Positions 1 through 9,185 of a stretch of 64,000 nucleotides of DNA are shown here, one piece after another. Origin of the DNA: an uncultured Eubacteriales bacterium (GTDB lineage Bacteria > Bacillota > Clostridia > Oscillospirales > CAG-272); assembly GCA_934402395.1 (NCBI GenBank), contig CAKRTQ010000002.1, forward strand, positions 15,372 to 79,371. Reading direction: 5' to 3'. The notes beneath the pieces are model-generated. The model was given only the letters and a program-made list of their open reading frames with translations. It had not been told where the DNA came from and did not search any database. Every line of letters begins with the position of its first letter. Position 1 is the stretch's first letter. The position numbers were made by a program, and so were the translations under genes.

Positions 1-564
1 ATTCTTTCCGTCGAGCGAATCCTGAACTGTGCGCAAGGCATCACCGAAACGCTGATAATGCACGATCTCGCGTTCACGCAAAAAACGTATCGGGTCAAGC
101 ACATCGGGATCGTCTGTGAGCCGCAGAATGTTGTCATATGTCACCCGCGCCTTTTGCTCTGCCGCCAGATCTTCATTAAGATCAGCTATGGGGTCGCCTT
201 TTACGCCTATGTACTTCATATCATACGGTACACCTGCGGCAGATGCGGGGTATATACCGGTCGTGTGATCCACAAAGTAGGCGGCATAAGGACTTGAAAG
301 TATCTCTTCGGGCTTCAGATTTCTCGTAAGCTGATAAACGATTGCTGCCACCATTTCAATATGCCCCAATTCCTCGGTACCTATATCGGTCAACACGCCT
401 ACCGTTTCATTTGACGGCATGGTATAGCGCTGATTAAGATATCTCATCGATGCGCCAAGCTCGCCGTCCGGTCCTCCGACCTGCGAAATTATCAGTGATG
501 CAAGCGTCGGATTGGGATTTTTTATTTTTACGGGGTATTGCAATTTTCTCTCATATAAAAACAT
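1..564 (-). CDS. cotJC: Spore coat protein CotJC (manganese-catalase family); partial, 3' end runs off the window
   Basis: Absent from the ORF track because it is truncated at the window edge. Hand translation from ATG (complement of 562-564) gives MFLYERKLQYPVKIKNPNPTLASLIISQVGGPDGELGASMRYLNQRY..., a canonical CotJC N-terminus. Lies directly downstream of cotJA-cotJB. Confidence 0.85.
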   Translation of the reverse strand, partial: MFLYERKLQYPVKIKNPNPTLASLIISQVGGPDGELGASMRYLNQRYTMPSNETVGVLTDIGTEELGHIEMVAAIVYQLTRNLKPEEILSSPYAAYFVDHTTGIYPASAAGVPYDMKYIGVKGDPIADLNEDLAAEQKARVTYDNILRLTDDPDVLDPIRFLREREIVHYQRFGDALRTVQDSLDGKN

Positions 565-576
565 ATTATCGCCTCC

Positions 577-906
577 TTACGAACCGCAGTACTGCCATGG
601 CCACGGTGAAGTGTTGACACCGCTTGTGATCCCGTGCATGGTAAGCGGACCGCACGTTGTCTCGTATTGCGTCATAAGCTCGCTCCTCTCGGTGTTTTTG
701 GCGGCAATATACTCTATCGCATCTCTGCAATCGGGATAAACGTCAAGGTACAGTGTAGCATCAAGAATTGCAAAATCTATCTGCCGTATCCTTTCGAACA
801 GCGCGTTGCAATTATAGCTGTTGCCGTTTTCACGGGCATTAATTCCCGCTCTGCCGCAGTTTCCGCCGGTGCAGGCGGAACGCACCTGCATATATTTGTT
901 ATCCAT
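577..906 (-). CDS. cotJB: Spore coat protein CotJB
   Basis: 109 aa. DFAILDATLYLDVYPDCRDAIEYI matches the CotJB signature (L.LYLDTHP.D..A..Y). 8-nt overlap with cotJA; 13 nt upstream of cotJC. Confidence 0.8.
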   Translation of the reverse strand: MDNKYMQVRSACTGGNCGRAGINARENGNSYNCNALFERIRQIDFAILDATLYLDVYPDCRDAIEYIAAKNTERSELMTQYETTCGPLTMHGITSGVNTSPWPWQYCGS

Positions 907-1213
907 TACGAACCACGCCTCCTCCTTTAACTCCCACGCTCAGCAGCGGAAGGTCAAGTTCCGAAAAAATCGTACCTCGGCAGAGCCCCTTTTCAGGCTC
1001 ATACAGCCCGGTAAAATTCTGAAGCGGTGCGTACACCATAGCAAGAGGATGATCGCGAAGCCCCCATTTGCTTCCGGTCGAATCGCCGCATCCGGTGTTT
1101 TCCCCCGGCAAGACAGTTCTTTGCCGGATATCGGCATTTACAGCCATTGGGTTTCGCGCTCCGCTCGACATACGCCGAAGTGCTTCTCCTGAATACATAT
1201 TTCTTTTTTCCAT
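899..1213 (-). CDS. cotJA: Spore coat-associated protein CotJA
   Basis: 104 aa. LAMVYAPLQNFTGLYEPEKGLCRGTIFSELDLPL matches the clostridial CotJA core motif. First gene of the cotJABC arrangement. Confidence 0.7.
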   Translation of the reverse strand: MEKRNMYSGEALRRMSSGARNPMAVNADIRQRTVLPGENTGCGDSTGSKWGLRDHPLAMVYAPLQNFTGLYEPEKGLCRGTIFSELDLPLLSVGVKGGGVVRNG

Positions 1214-1449
1214 ACATAAAATCGTCAGAATATGACATTATCCTTTCCCGGTCGGCTTTACGCCGCCCGATATTCAATAAAAGTATATGCCATATCCGCA
1301 AGATTTGTCACATAGTGACGCAAAAAGGCGGTAAGGAGATCAGTCACTTTGATGTACGACCACCTTAACATTGTTTATTAAAAACGCTTTTTTGCCGAAT
1401 TTATATTATAGAAAACCAACGCCTGCAACTGCGATTTTACGTTTTATTA

Positions 1450-1478
1450 TTGACATCGGCTTTTTTAGCGTGTAAAAT
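1450..1478 (+). promoter_or_regulatory. Sigma-A-type promoter candidate (TTGACA-17-TAAAAT)
   Basis: TTGACA at 1450-1455, 17-nt spacer, TAAAAT at 1473-1478, about 40 nt upstream of the 1516 ORF. Confidence 0.45.
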
Positions 1479-1515
1479 ATATACGTAAGAAAAATCTGCC
1501 TATGGCAGATCTCTG

Positions 1516-2889
1516 ATGAAAGGCTTTTTTATTATGGAAATACGAAACATGAAATGCGATGTCTGCGTTATCGGCGGCGGTCCGGGCGGACTTTGCGCCG
1601 CAATTGCCGCTGCGCGGCAGGGGGCAGACGTAATACTTTGCGAACGAAACGGACATCTTGGCGGCAACGCCGCTATGGGACTTCCTTTGCTCGGTTATCT
1701 TTCTCAGTCGGGCAGGCAGATCATAGGCGGTATAGCGCAGGAATTCATCACCGAGCTTGAAAAGACCGGGGATTCATTCGGACATCAGCGTTGCCCCATG
1801 CATAATTCAATAACTCTCGTACATCCCGACAAATTCAAGCTGCTTGCACTCAAAATGTGTATTGAATCCGGTGTGCGGTTGTTTCTTCACACCGAGTTAT
1901 GCGATACCGTAACTGATAACGGCAAGCTTCGCCGCGTATCGGTCATCGGTAAAGGCACAAGAGTGGATATCGATGCGGACGTTTTTGTTGACGGCACAGG
2001 CGATGGCGACCTTGGGTTTATGTCAGGCGCAAAGTACGAAAAAGGCGATGAGCTTCAGCCTCCCACGACAATGTTTGCCATGACAGGCTTTCATAAGGAA
2101 GAATTCATGCGCTTTCTTGATGAGCATCCTGAGAACATGGCTCAGCTCGACTCCGTTCACATCGACCCCGGCTATGATACATCGCTCTGGCGCAGCACCG
2201 ACAGCTATGTATTCGTCGGTATGAAAGCATATCTTGACGAAATAAGGAAAAAGTATCCGGACTGCCCTATAAAGCGCGAAAATATAATCTACATCAATTC
2301 AACGATACCGGGCAAGATTTGGGTAAATACCGTGCGCGTTCCCGGGTGTGACGGTTCTGACATTGAAAGCCTTACCGATGGCGAGGTGCAGGGACTGCTT
2401 CAGATCCCCGGCATCGTCAAGACCCTCAAGGACTACGTACCAGGCTTTGAAGACTGCGTGCTTGACGAAATATGCCCCGCCATCGGAATACGCGAATCGC
2501 GCCGTATATGCGGCGTCTCACGCATCGATCACCGCGATGCCCTTGAGGGCAACAAACCGGATGACACTATTGCACTTTCCGGCTATAAGATCGACATACA
2601 CAGTGGCAAGGGCGCCGGTACGATACTCATGAAGATACCCGAACCGTACGGAATACCGCTCTCAGCATGCATATGTGCGGATATTGACGGGCTGCTTATG
2701 AGCGGCAGATGCATATCGATGGACCGCGAAACACTCGGCTCCATGCGCGTTATGCCAACGTGCATGGCAATAGGTGAAGCTGTTGGTATTCTTGCCGCCG
2801 AAGCCGCAAAACACAAAACGAGCCCGCGCCGCATCAAAGCGGACAGTGTGCGGACTATTCTTCTTAAAAACGGCGCAATACTCAAATAA
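1516..2889 (+). CDS. FAD-dependent oxidoreductase
   Basis: 457 aa. N-terminal dinucleotide-binding motif CDVCVIGGGPGGLCAAIAAARQGADVILCER. Start ambiguous (ATGs at 1516, 1534, 1549). Confidence 0.8.
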   Translation: MKGFFIMEIRNMKCDVCVIGGGPGGLCAAIAAARQGADVILCERNGHLGGNAAMGLPLLGYLSQSGRQIIGGIAQEFITELEKTGDSFGHQRCPMHNSITLVHPDKFKLLALKMCIESGVRLFLHTELCDTVTDNGKLRRVSVIGKGTRVDIDADVFVDGTGDGDLGFMSGAKYEKGDELQPPTTMFAMTGFHKEEFMRFLDEHPENMAQLDSVHIDPGYDTSLWRSTDSYVFVGMKAYLDEIRKKYPDCPIKRENIIYINSTIPGKIWVNTVRVPGCDGSDIESLTDGEVQGLLQIPGIVKTLKDYVPGFEDCVLDEICPAIGIRESRRICGVSRIDHRDALEGNKPDDTIALSGYKIDIHSGKGAGTILMKIPEPYGIPLSACICADIDGLLMSGRCISMDRETLGSMRVMPTCMAIGEAVGILAAEAAKHKTSPRRIKADSVRTILLKNGAILK

Positions 2890-2912
2890 CCGGAAAAGAC
2901 ATTGGAGGTAAC

Positions 2913-3476
2913 ATGAGCGATTCGAACCGCCGCACCGGCAGGCACAACCCGTTTACCGTGAACAGCAAGTACAAATCATATCTTGTCCCGGCTGTCAAAA
3001 CCGCAGCATCTGTTGCGCTGATCGTTGTTTCAATAACATGGACGTCATTCTGGCGTCCGGGTGACCGGCGTCTTGAAGCCGTTATATCGATGACAGGGCT
3101 TTTTGTTTCGTTCATCTGCGCGTACATCATATGCGTTGCAGTCGGAGAGATGGGATTTGTCGCCGAAAACCGCGAACGCGAAAAAATACTGGAACAGGAT
3201 CCATCAAAGTTCAAAACAAAAATGCATACCACGACCGAGATACTTGAACGTTTCGAAGAAAGCCGCGACATTGAGCTGCTCGCCGTGCTTGACGGAAAGC
3301 TTGCTTATATCGGCGTAAGAACATCATACAGCAAATCTGCGGGATACCACAATAAACGATATTATATAAACGACGACGATTATTCAGACCCCGACCACTT
3401 TGCAGATGTTCTTACAGAGCTGACTCACTCGGCGCGTGAAATAGCCGTCGCCACTGTGGACGGCAAAACAGAATAG
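2913..3476 (+). CDS. Hypothetical membrane protein (2 TM plus soluble C-terminal domain)
   Basis: GGAGG RBS 6 nt upstream. Two hydrophobic segments (AASVALIVVSITW, GLFVSFICAYIICVAVG). No family recognised. Confidence 0.6.
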   Translation: MSDSNRRTGRHNPFTVNSKYKSYLVPAVKTAASVALIVVSITWTSFWRPGDRRLEAVISMTGLFVSFICAYIICVAVGEMGFVAENREREKILEQDPSKFKTKMHTTTEILERFEESRDIELLAVLDGKLAYIGVRTSYSKSAGYHNKRYYINDDDYSDPDHFADVLTELTHSAREIAVATVDGKTE

Positions 3477-3477
3477 C

Positions 3478-3517
3478 AAAAAACGGTGCGTCGCGCAAAA
3501 GCGCGACGCACCGTTTT
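3478..3517. terminator. Bidirectional rho-independent terminator
   Basis: 13-bp GC-rich stem cggtgcgtcgcgc/gcgcgacgcaccg, loop aaaa. Flanked by an A-run (3478-3483) and T-run (3514-3517). Lies between convergent genes. Confidence 0.85.
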
Positions 3518-3541
3518 GGGAACTGCTTTTATATTTATACA

Positions 3542-4975
3542 TTATACATTCAGTTCTGCCCTGATATCACCGTGATGGTATTTGTGAAGTATCGGTTCAA
3601 CAACACCTGAGATGAATTCATCGACCTGTGACGGGCATCTTCCGATAAACTTTGAAGGTTCAAGCTCGGACAGTATCTCGTCTTTTGTAAGCGGAATGCG
3701 CTCATCGGCTGCTATGCGGTCGATGAGATCGTTTGTTTTGCCTTCAAGCTTTACTTGCAGTGCAGCCTCATGGGAATATACCCGTATTATTTCGTGCAGC
3801 TGCTGACGGTCGCCGCCGCGCTTTACCGATTCCATCATTATGTTCTCTGTCGCCATAAATGGCAGCTTCTCCATTACCCGCCGCTCTATTACGCGCTCGT
3901 AGACCACCATTCCGGACGTTACGTTGATGTATATGTTAAGTATAGCATCCACGCCCAAAAACGCCTCAGCGACAGAAATACGGCGGTTAGCGCTATCGTC
4001 AAGCGTGCGCTCGAACCACTGCGTGGAAGCTGTGACCGCGGGATTGAGCGAATCGTTGATAACGTATCTCGCCAGCGCCGATATACGCTCGCAACGCATT
4101 GGATTGCGCTTGTACGGCATAGCCGACGACCCTATCTGCGATGATTCGAACGGCTCCTCCATTTCCTCGAATGACTGAAGCATACGCAAATCGTTTGAGA
4201 ATTTGTATGCACTCTGGGCAAAGCCGGACATCACAGACAGAAAATACGAATCTACCTTGCGTGAATAAGTCTGACCTGATACGGGAATGCAGCCATCGAA
4301 ACCCATTTCCGCAGCTATAAGCTCTTCAAGCTTCTTGACCTTTTGTTCATCGCCGCCGAACAGCTCCATAAAGCTTGCCTGCGTGCCGGTAGTTCCCTTT
4401 GCTCCGCGAAGTTTGAGGTTTGAAAGCTGGAATTCAAGGTTTTCGATATCCATCGCCAGCTCGTTCATCCAGAGCGTTGCACGCTTGCCCACAGTTGTGA
4501 GCTGAGCCGGTTGAAGATGCGTATATGCAAGACATGGCAACGATTTGTACTTACGGGCAAAGTCTGAGAGATTGGCAAGCACCTGCGCCGCCTTTTTGAG
4601 TATTATACGAGATGCTTCGCGCAGAATGATCACATCGGTGTTATCACCGACATAGCAGCTTGTCGCGCCGAGATGTATTATCGGTTCCGCTTTCGGACAT
4701 TGCTTGCCGTAAGCATAGACATGGCTCATTACGTCATGCCGCACCTCGCGTTCACGCGCCTCGGCTACATCGTAATTGATGTCGTCCCTGTGAGACTCAA
4801 GCTCAGCTATCTGGTCGTCGGTTATATCGAGCCCAAGCTCCTTTTCGGCACGAGCGAGTGCTATCCAAAGGCGACGCCATGTGCGGAATTTGAAATTATC
4901 CGAAAAAACCGATTGCATCTCGGGGCTTGCATAGCGTGTTGAAAAAGGAGATATGTACTTGTCTCTGTCGTTCAT
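3542..4975 (-). CDS. purB: Adenylosuccinate lyase
   Basis: The ORF-track ORF starts at 5080, but the homologous N-terminus MNDRDKYISPFSTRYASPEMQ begins at ATG 4975. Fumarate-lyase signature SSAMPYKRNP is present. Confidence 0.95.
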   Translation of the reverse strand: MNDRDKYISPFSTRYASPEMQSVFSDNFKFRTWRRLWIALARAEKELGLDITDDQIAELESHRDDINYDVAEAREREVRHDVMSHVYAYGKQCPKAEPIIHLGATSCYVGDNTDVIILREASRIILKKAAQVLANLSDFARKYKSLPCLAYTHLQPAQLTTVGKRATLWMNELAMDIENLEFQLSNLKLRGAKGTTGTQASFMELFGGDEQKVKKLEELIAAEMGFDGCIPVSGQTYSRKVDSYFLSVMSGFAQSAYKFSNDLRMLQSFEEMEEPFESSQIGSSAMPYKRNPMRCERISALARYVINDSLNPAVTASTQWFERTLDDSANRRISVAEAFLGVDAILNIYINVTSGMVVYERVIERRVMEKLPFMATENIMMESVKRGGDRQQLHEIIRVYSHEAALQVKLEGKTNDLIDRIAADERIPLTKDEILSELEPSKFIGRCPSQVDEFISGVVEPILHKYHHGDIRAELNV

Positions 4976-4995
4976 TTTATAATTCCTTTGCTTTT

Positions 4996-6343
4996 TTATT
5001 GAAGCGGCACTATCTGAAGCGCACGTTCCGAAACCCCCGCATCTGCCACGGATGTTATCACATACTTTCCCACCGTGCATGTTTCGGGAACAATGCCGTT
5101 ACTTACACGATCGGATAAAGTCTGACCGAAATACACAAACGCCGAACCTTGGTTCCAGCCAAGCTCAAAAGTAGGGTCGCAGAAATATTTTCTACCATTG
5201 ATGGTTACAAGATTCCACGCATGACCTTCATCGCCAACACTCCCTGAAGCCTCGGTATTCTCTATTCCCATCTGTGTCAGCAGCTGTGAATACGCTGCAG
5301 CAAAGGTCACGCAAATACCGGTCTTCTCGACATAAGCATAATACGCCGAAATATTCTGACGGCTCACTGCAGCCGCGTCATCATAGCTTACCGATGTGCA
5401 AAGCGCATGATAAACCGCCTCAGCCTTCACCTGCTCCGACTGCTCCGGACCGACATTCTTCAGATATCCGTTTATGCATTCAAAAAGTGTCGCCGAGATT
5501 TTCTCCTGCTCCTCACGGCTGACAAGATATTTGAGCGTCACTCCGCCATCGGCGTACTCACAATCAAACGTGATACCGTAAAGCGGGAATTCATAATACA
5601 GAACCGTTGACAGCATCATTGCGTAGTCATCGTTACCACACGCAACAAAACTCTTGTAGTCAAGCACGGCATCAATGACGTCAATGTAAAAATCCGCAAA
5701 TCCGTTGCCCATAGACTCAAGTGCCTCGGTTGTGAGCCTGTAAGGATTGTAAACATACCGACCGTTCTCAACGAGCGGCTTCATTTTGTCGGGAACCGGC
5801 ACGGACGGGTCGTACACCGTAATCGGTTCCGTTACCGGCGGAGTTACATCGGGTTCAGCCCTGCTCTGCCCTGACAATGCGCCGTATTCAATGGAATAGG
5901 CATGCAGATACAATCTGTCAAGGTCATCACGAACAATACGCAGAATGCCGGATACCGTTACTTCCCTGCCGACAAAGCACGCCTTGTCAATACCGTCAAT
6001 GTCGGAATCAAACATATCGAAGCGGTTGACCGAATTGAAAATAAGAGTCTTGTCATCAATTCCCGTATATTCGACATTCAGCGGTTCCCGCGGGATAAAA
6101 TAATAACACTCGTTTTTTTATACTGCCGACAAGCACAACACCGCCCGGAGTCGATATTTCGATCGGTTCTTGCGGGGACGTTACCGGATCCGTTATTGAC
6201 TGTCCGGTCACCGTTATTTCAGAGACCGCGCCGCTGTTATCTGTCGTCGCCTCTCCGCCTTCGCGCGGCACGCATCCGCATACAGCGTTCGATATCAACA
6301 GAACGGCAAGCAATAGCACCGTTGCCGAAAAAAATCTTTTCAT
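4996..6343 (-). pseudogene. Secreted/lipoprotein with a transglutaminase-like core, split by a frameshift at an A7 run
   Basis: ORF 6056..6370 carries the signal peptide MKRFFSATVLLLAVLLISNAVCGC (start 6343). The frame of ORF 4996..6015 is open up to 6117. The two frames meet at T7 (6113-6119). C-terminal part has a Cys/His/Asp core (GICVTFAAAYSQLL ... GHAWNLVTINGRKYFCDPT). Confidence 0.55.
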
Positions 6344-6423
6344 TGCGCGGATACCTCCCGATTGAGTCATACAAAGTAATTATATCATCGCCGGGTGCGA
6401 AAATCAATTGATATATGTTAAAT

Positions 6424-7413
6424 TTATGTCCTTTTCAGCGACTTCGCTATCGCAATAACGGCGCCGTACAGCACTCCGGCAACTGCCCATATTATCCACG
6501 TATCCTTCGGACCGACGCCAAAAGACGGTATATAGGTAACGCAAAGAAAAATTGCGGTAACAACCAACCAATAAACAAGACTTACCGTTCCGGTGATTCC
6601 CTTGCGGCTTTTTTCTTCGGGTGAGTAGTCCCCTTCTTCAAGTAAACGTTCAAGGGCTGCCTCATAAGTTCCGCCGAGGATAAACAAAACACATCCGATC
6701 CCTGCAATAAGCAAAAGCAGGCATACAGCCACTACGTATACAATATCCGCAGCGTCAAAGCACACAGACAAAAACAACGGAATGACCGAGCAGATGCAGC
6801 AAAGCGTACCTGTGATGTTAAAACGGCTATATGTATCGCGGTAAGCCTTTTTGCGCTCTTTGACCATTCCCATAACACCGTATTCGGTTTCAAACGGTTC
6901 AGAATCAAGAAACGCATATTCTTTGGAGCGCGAACCAGTTGAAACAAAAAGCGCAACTCCCACCGCAACGAAAAGGATCATAGAGCAAAGTCCCACGCCA
7001 ACCGCCGCATTTTCACTTATGCCGCTGCCGATCGTTTCGCTGAGTCCGCCGAGAAGCAGCAAAAGTACCGGCGACAGTATACACAGCAGTGTTGCAAGCG
7101 CCAGACGCGGCGCCGCGGCACGGCGGAATACAAGATACTCGGACGCTTCGGCAAGCGTAACTCGCCTGCATGATGACTCAGGTGCGTCAACTTCGGGTTC
7201 AGGTTCATTTACATCATCTTTGAGAAGGTAATCGGTAGATACGTTGAAAATACGGCTCATCTGCAGTATTTTATCCATATCGGGAATGGACTGTGCGCCT
7301 TCCCATTTTGACACCGACTGTCTGGTGACTCCCAGCTGCTCCGCAAGTTCCTCCTGCGACCAGCCTGCCTTTTTACGTTGGAAAATAATTTTGTCTGCCA
7401 ATATCATGGTCAA
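6424..7413 (-). CDS. XRE-family HTH protein fused to a polytopic membrane domain
   Basis: N-terminus QRKKAGWSQEELAEQLGVTRQSVSKWEGAQSIPDMDKILQMSRIFNVSTDYLL (HTH_3), followed by about 6 hydrophobic helices. Confidence 0.8.
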   Translation of the reverse strand: MTMILADKIIFQRKKAGWSQEELAEQLGVTRQSVSKWEGAQSIPDMDKILQMSRIFNVSTDYLLKDDVNEPEPEVDAPESSCRRVTLAEASEYLVFRRAAAPRLALATLLCILSPVLLLLLGGLSETIGSGISENAAVGVGLCSMILFVAVGVALFVSTGSRSKEYAFLDSEPFETEYGVMGMVKERKKAYRDTYSRFNITGTLCCICSVIPLFLSVCFDAADIVYVVAVCLLLLIAGIGCVLFILGGTYEAALERLLEEGDYSPEEKSRKGITGTVSLVYWLVVTAIFLCVTYIPSFGVGPKDTWIIWAVAGVLYGAVIAIAKSLKRT

Positions 7414-7517
7414 CCTCTTGTCCGGGCGTCATCGCCCCTGTGATGTCATTATGATACGCTTTTTTGCGGTTGCACACAAGCAAACCGACTGTATAATTTG
7501 TCACGCAGCGGTTGCAT

Positions 7518-8414
7518 TTAGCAGTTTAACGCTTTTTTATTGCTTTTTTCGGCAAAAAGCTTTGTAACCGGTACATTGCCATCCATTTCGGTGCAGCAAA
7601 CTTCAAATCCGTTCTTTATGTAAAATGAAATATTCTCGATCTTATCCGAGGGAGTCACAAGCTCCATGCGACGCCAATCCGGGCGCAAAGCGCGAAGATG
7701 ACAGATCGCATCACTGCCAATGCCACGTCCCTGATATTCCGGCAGAACGCAAAGACAACCGATGAAGTATTCGCCGTCTCCTTTGTCACTCACGGAAATG
7801 ACCCCCACCGGCATACCGTCGCACAGTATGATCTCCTTCGGAAAACTCTGTATGGACCGTTCCATGCTCTCAACTGTGCGCCCGTATGCCGGGCATTCGC
7901 CGTACCGTAAATAATCCGCCCGAAAAGCGCGGTTGTAAATGTCAACCAGCAGCGCAGCATCTGCCTCGACAGCGGGACGGTACGAAAGGTTTACGGCACG
8001 ATAGCGTTCCTCTCCCCACCAGAGCGGCATAAGTTCACCGAGCGTCACTGTACTGAGCGACTCATAATCCACCATTATTTCGGTATATCTGTTCTTGGGC
8101 GAAAGCTGCATGAGCAGCTCGCGGCAGGCGCCGCACGGCATACCGCTGCCGCCGCCGCGCGGCGCTTTGTCGCGGAATGCTATCATTCGTTTTACCGTCA
8201 CCTGTCCGCTGTGGTGATACATATCAAGTATTGCAACGCGCTCGGCACACAGGTTAAGAACACCGCTTGCGCCTTCAATACAAAATCCCGTGAATATTTC
8301 GCCGCTCTCGCTCTCAATTGCACTCACAACATGATGAGCCTCAAAAAACGGGGATAAGCATACGGGATGATATTCCGCCTTCGCTTTTTCGTAAAGCCTT
8401 TCCCAGATATCCAT
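7518..8414 (-). CDS. Cytidine/blasticidin-S-deaminase-like domain fused to a GNAT N-acetyltransferase
   Basis: Zn-binding CDA motifs CAERVA and PCGACRELL lie in aa 1-135. A GNAT core (VLPEYQGRGIGSDAI, FYIKNGF) lies in aa 140-298. Start ATG overlaps the upstream stop (TAATG). Confidence 0.7.
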   Translation of the reverse strand: MDIWERLYEKAKAEYHPVCLSPFFEAHHVVSAIESESGEIFTGFCIEGASGVLNLCAERVAILDMYHHSGQVTVKRMIAFRDKAPRGGGSGMPCGACRELLMQLSPKNRYTEIMVDYESLSTVTLGELMPLWWGEERYRAVNLSYRPAVEADAALLVDIYNRAFRADYLRYGECPAYGRTVESMERSIQSFPKEIILCDGMPVGVISVSDKGDGEYFIGCLCVLPEYQGRGIGSDAICHLRALRPDWRRMELVTPSDKIENISFYIKNGFEVCCTEMDGNVPVTKLFAEKSNKKALNC

Positions 8415-9100
8415 TACAGTTTCTCCTTCAAAAACGAATCAACAGCACGGTTGAAGCTGCCGGGAACTTTCCTTGCAACAAAATGATCGCCACGGATGAT
8501 CGCAAGCCGCGCTCCGGGTATGCTCGCCGCAATCAGTTCGGTATGCTCTCGCTTTATCATATCACGTGTCCCTGCTATAACAAGCACCGGAATATCAAGC
8601 TTTTCAAGCTCTCCCGGGGTTATATGCGGTTCGTTTACCATAAGTCCGAGCATTTCACTGTTACGCCTGGCGCCTGCGCTTTTCTTCGCCGCTTTGGATG
8701 CGATCCGATATCCGAGTTCTATCGGAAACTGGACACTTCTCTTTACGCCAGAGGGGTCAAGATTGGCTCCATTGAGTACAAGCGAACGAACCATATCCGG
8801 ATGCTTCAACGCAAAGGTCAGCGCAATATTGCCTCCGTCGGAAAAACCGAGCAGATCAGCGGAGGAAATCCCGTGCGCGATCATGAAATCATAAAGGTCA
8901 TCGGAAAACCGCTTGATCGTAAAGTCTCCGTCTCCTCGCGGCGACCTCCCGTGTCCGCGTGTGTCAAGCGCAATAACGCGGTATCGATCTTTAAAATATT
9001 CGATCTGATGAGCAAAATACGTGTGGTCCTCCCCATTTCCGTGCAACAGGATCAACGGAAAACCGTATCCGTATTCCTCATAATATAATTCTGTATTCAA
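8414..9100 (-). CDS. Alpha/beta-fold hydrolase
   Basis: 228 aa. HGNG oxyanion region, nucleophile elbow GFSDGG, C-terminal His (IRGDHF). AGGAGAGG RBS. Confidence 0.85.
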   Translation of the reverse strand: MNTELYYEEYGYGFPLILLHGNGEDHTYFAHQIEYFKDRYRVIALDTRGHGRSPRGDGDFTIKRFSDDLYDFMIAHGISSADLLGFSDGGNIALTFALKHPDMVRSLVLNGANLDPSGVKRSVQFPIELGYRIASKAAKKSAGARRNSEMLGLMVNEPHITPGELEKLDIPVLVIAGTRDMIKREHTELIAASIPGARLAIIRGDHFVARKVPGSFNRAVDSFLKEKL

Positions 9101-9136
9101 GTTCCTCTCCTGTGCTCAAAGTGAACCGTACGTGGC

Positions 9137-9168
9137 AAAAACGGGCGGTTCGCAACGGAACCGCCCGT
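9137..9168 (-). terminator. Rho-independent terminator after lysS
   Basis: 11-bp stem acgggcggttc/gaaccgcccgt, 6-nt loop, followed on the - strand by TTTTT. Confidence 0.7.
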
Positions 9169-9185
9169 TCAGAAAATTCAAATTA

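Noticed and set aside
1214-1449. Sigma-E/sigma-K sporulation promoter for cotJABC
   Set aside because: Several AT-rich CATA-like elements are present, but I could not align a convincing -35/-10 pair with correct spacing by eye, so no call is made.
4976-5080. N-terminal extensions given by the ORF track for purB (and likewise greA, rsmE, carD-like, HAD, potA, dapA, gdhA and the 40506..41579 ORF)
   Set aside because: Homologous N-termini and good RBSs sit at internal ATGs. The extensions overlap neighbouring genes or intergenic promoters.
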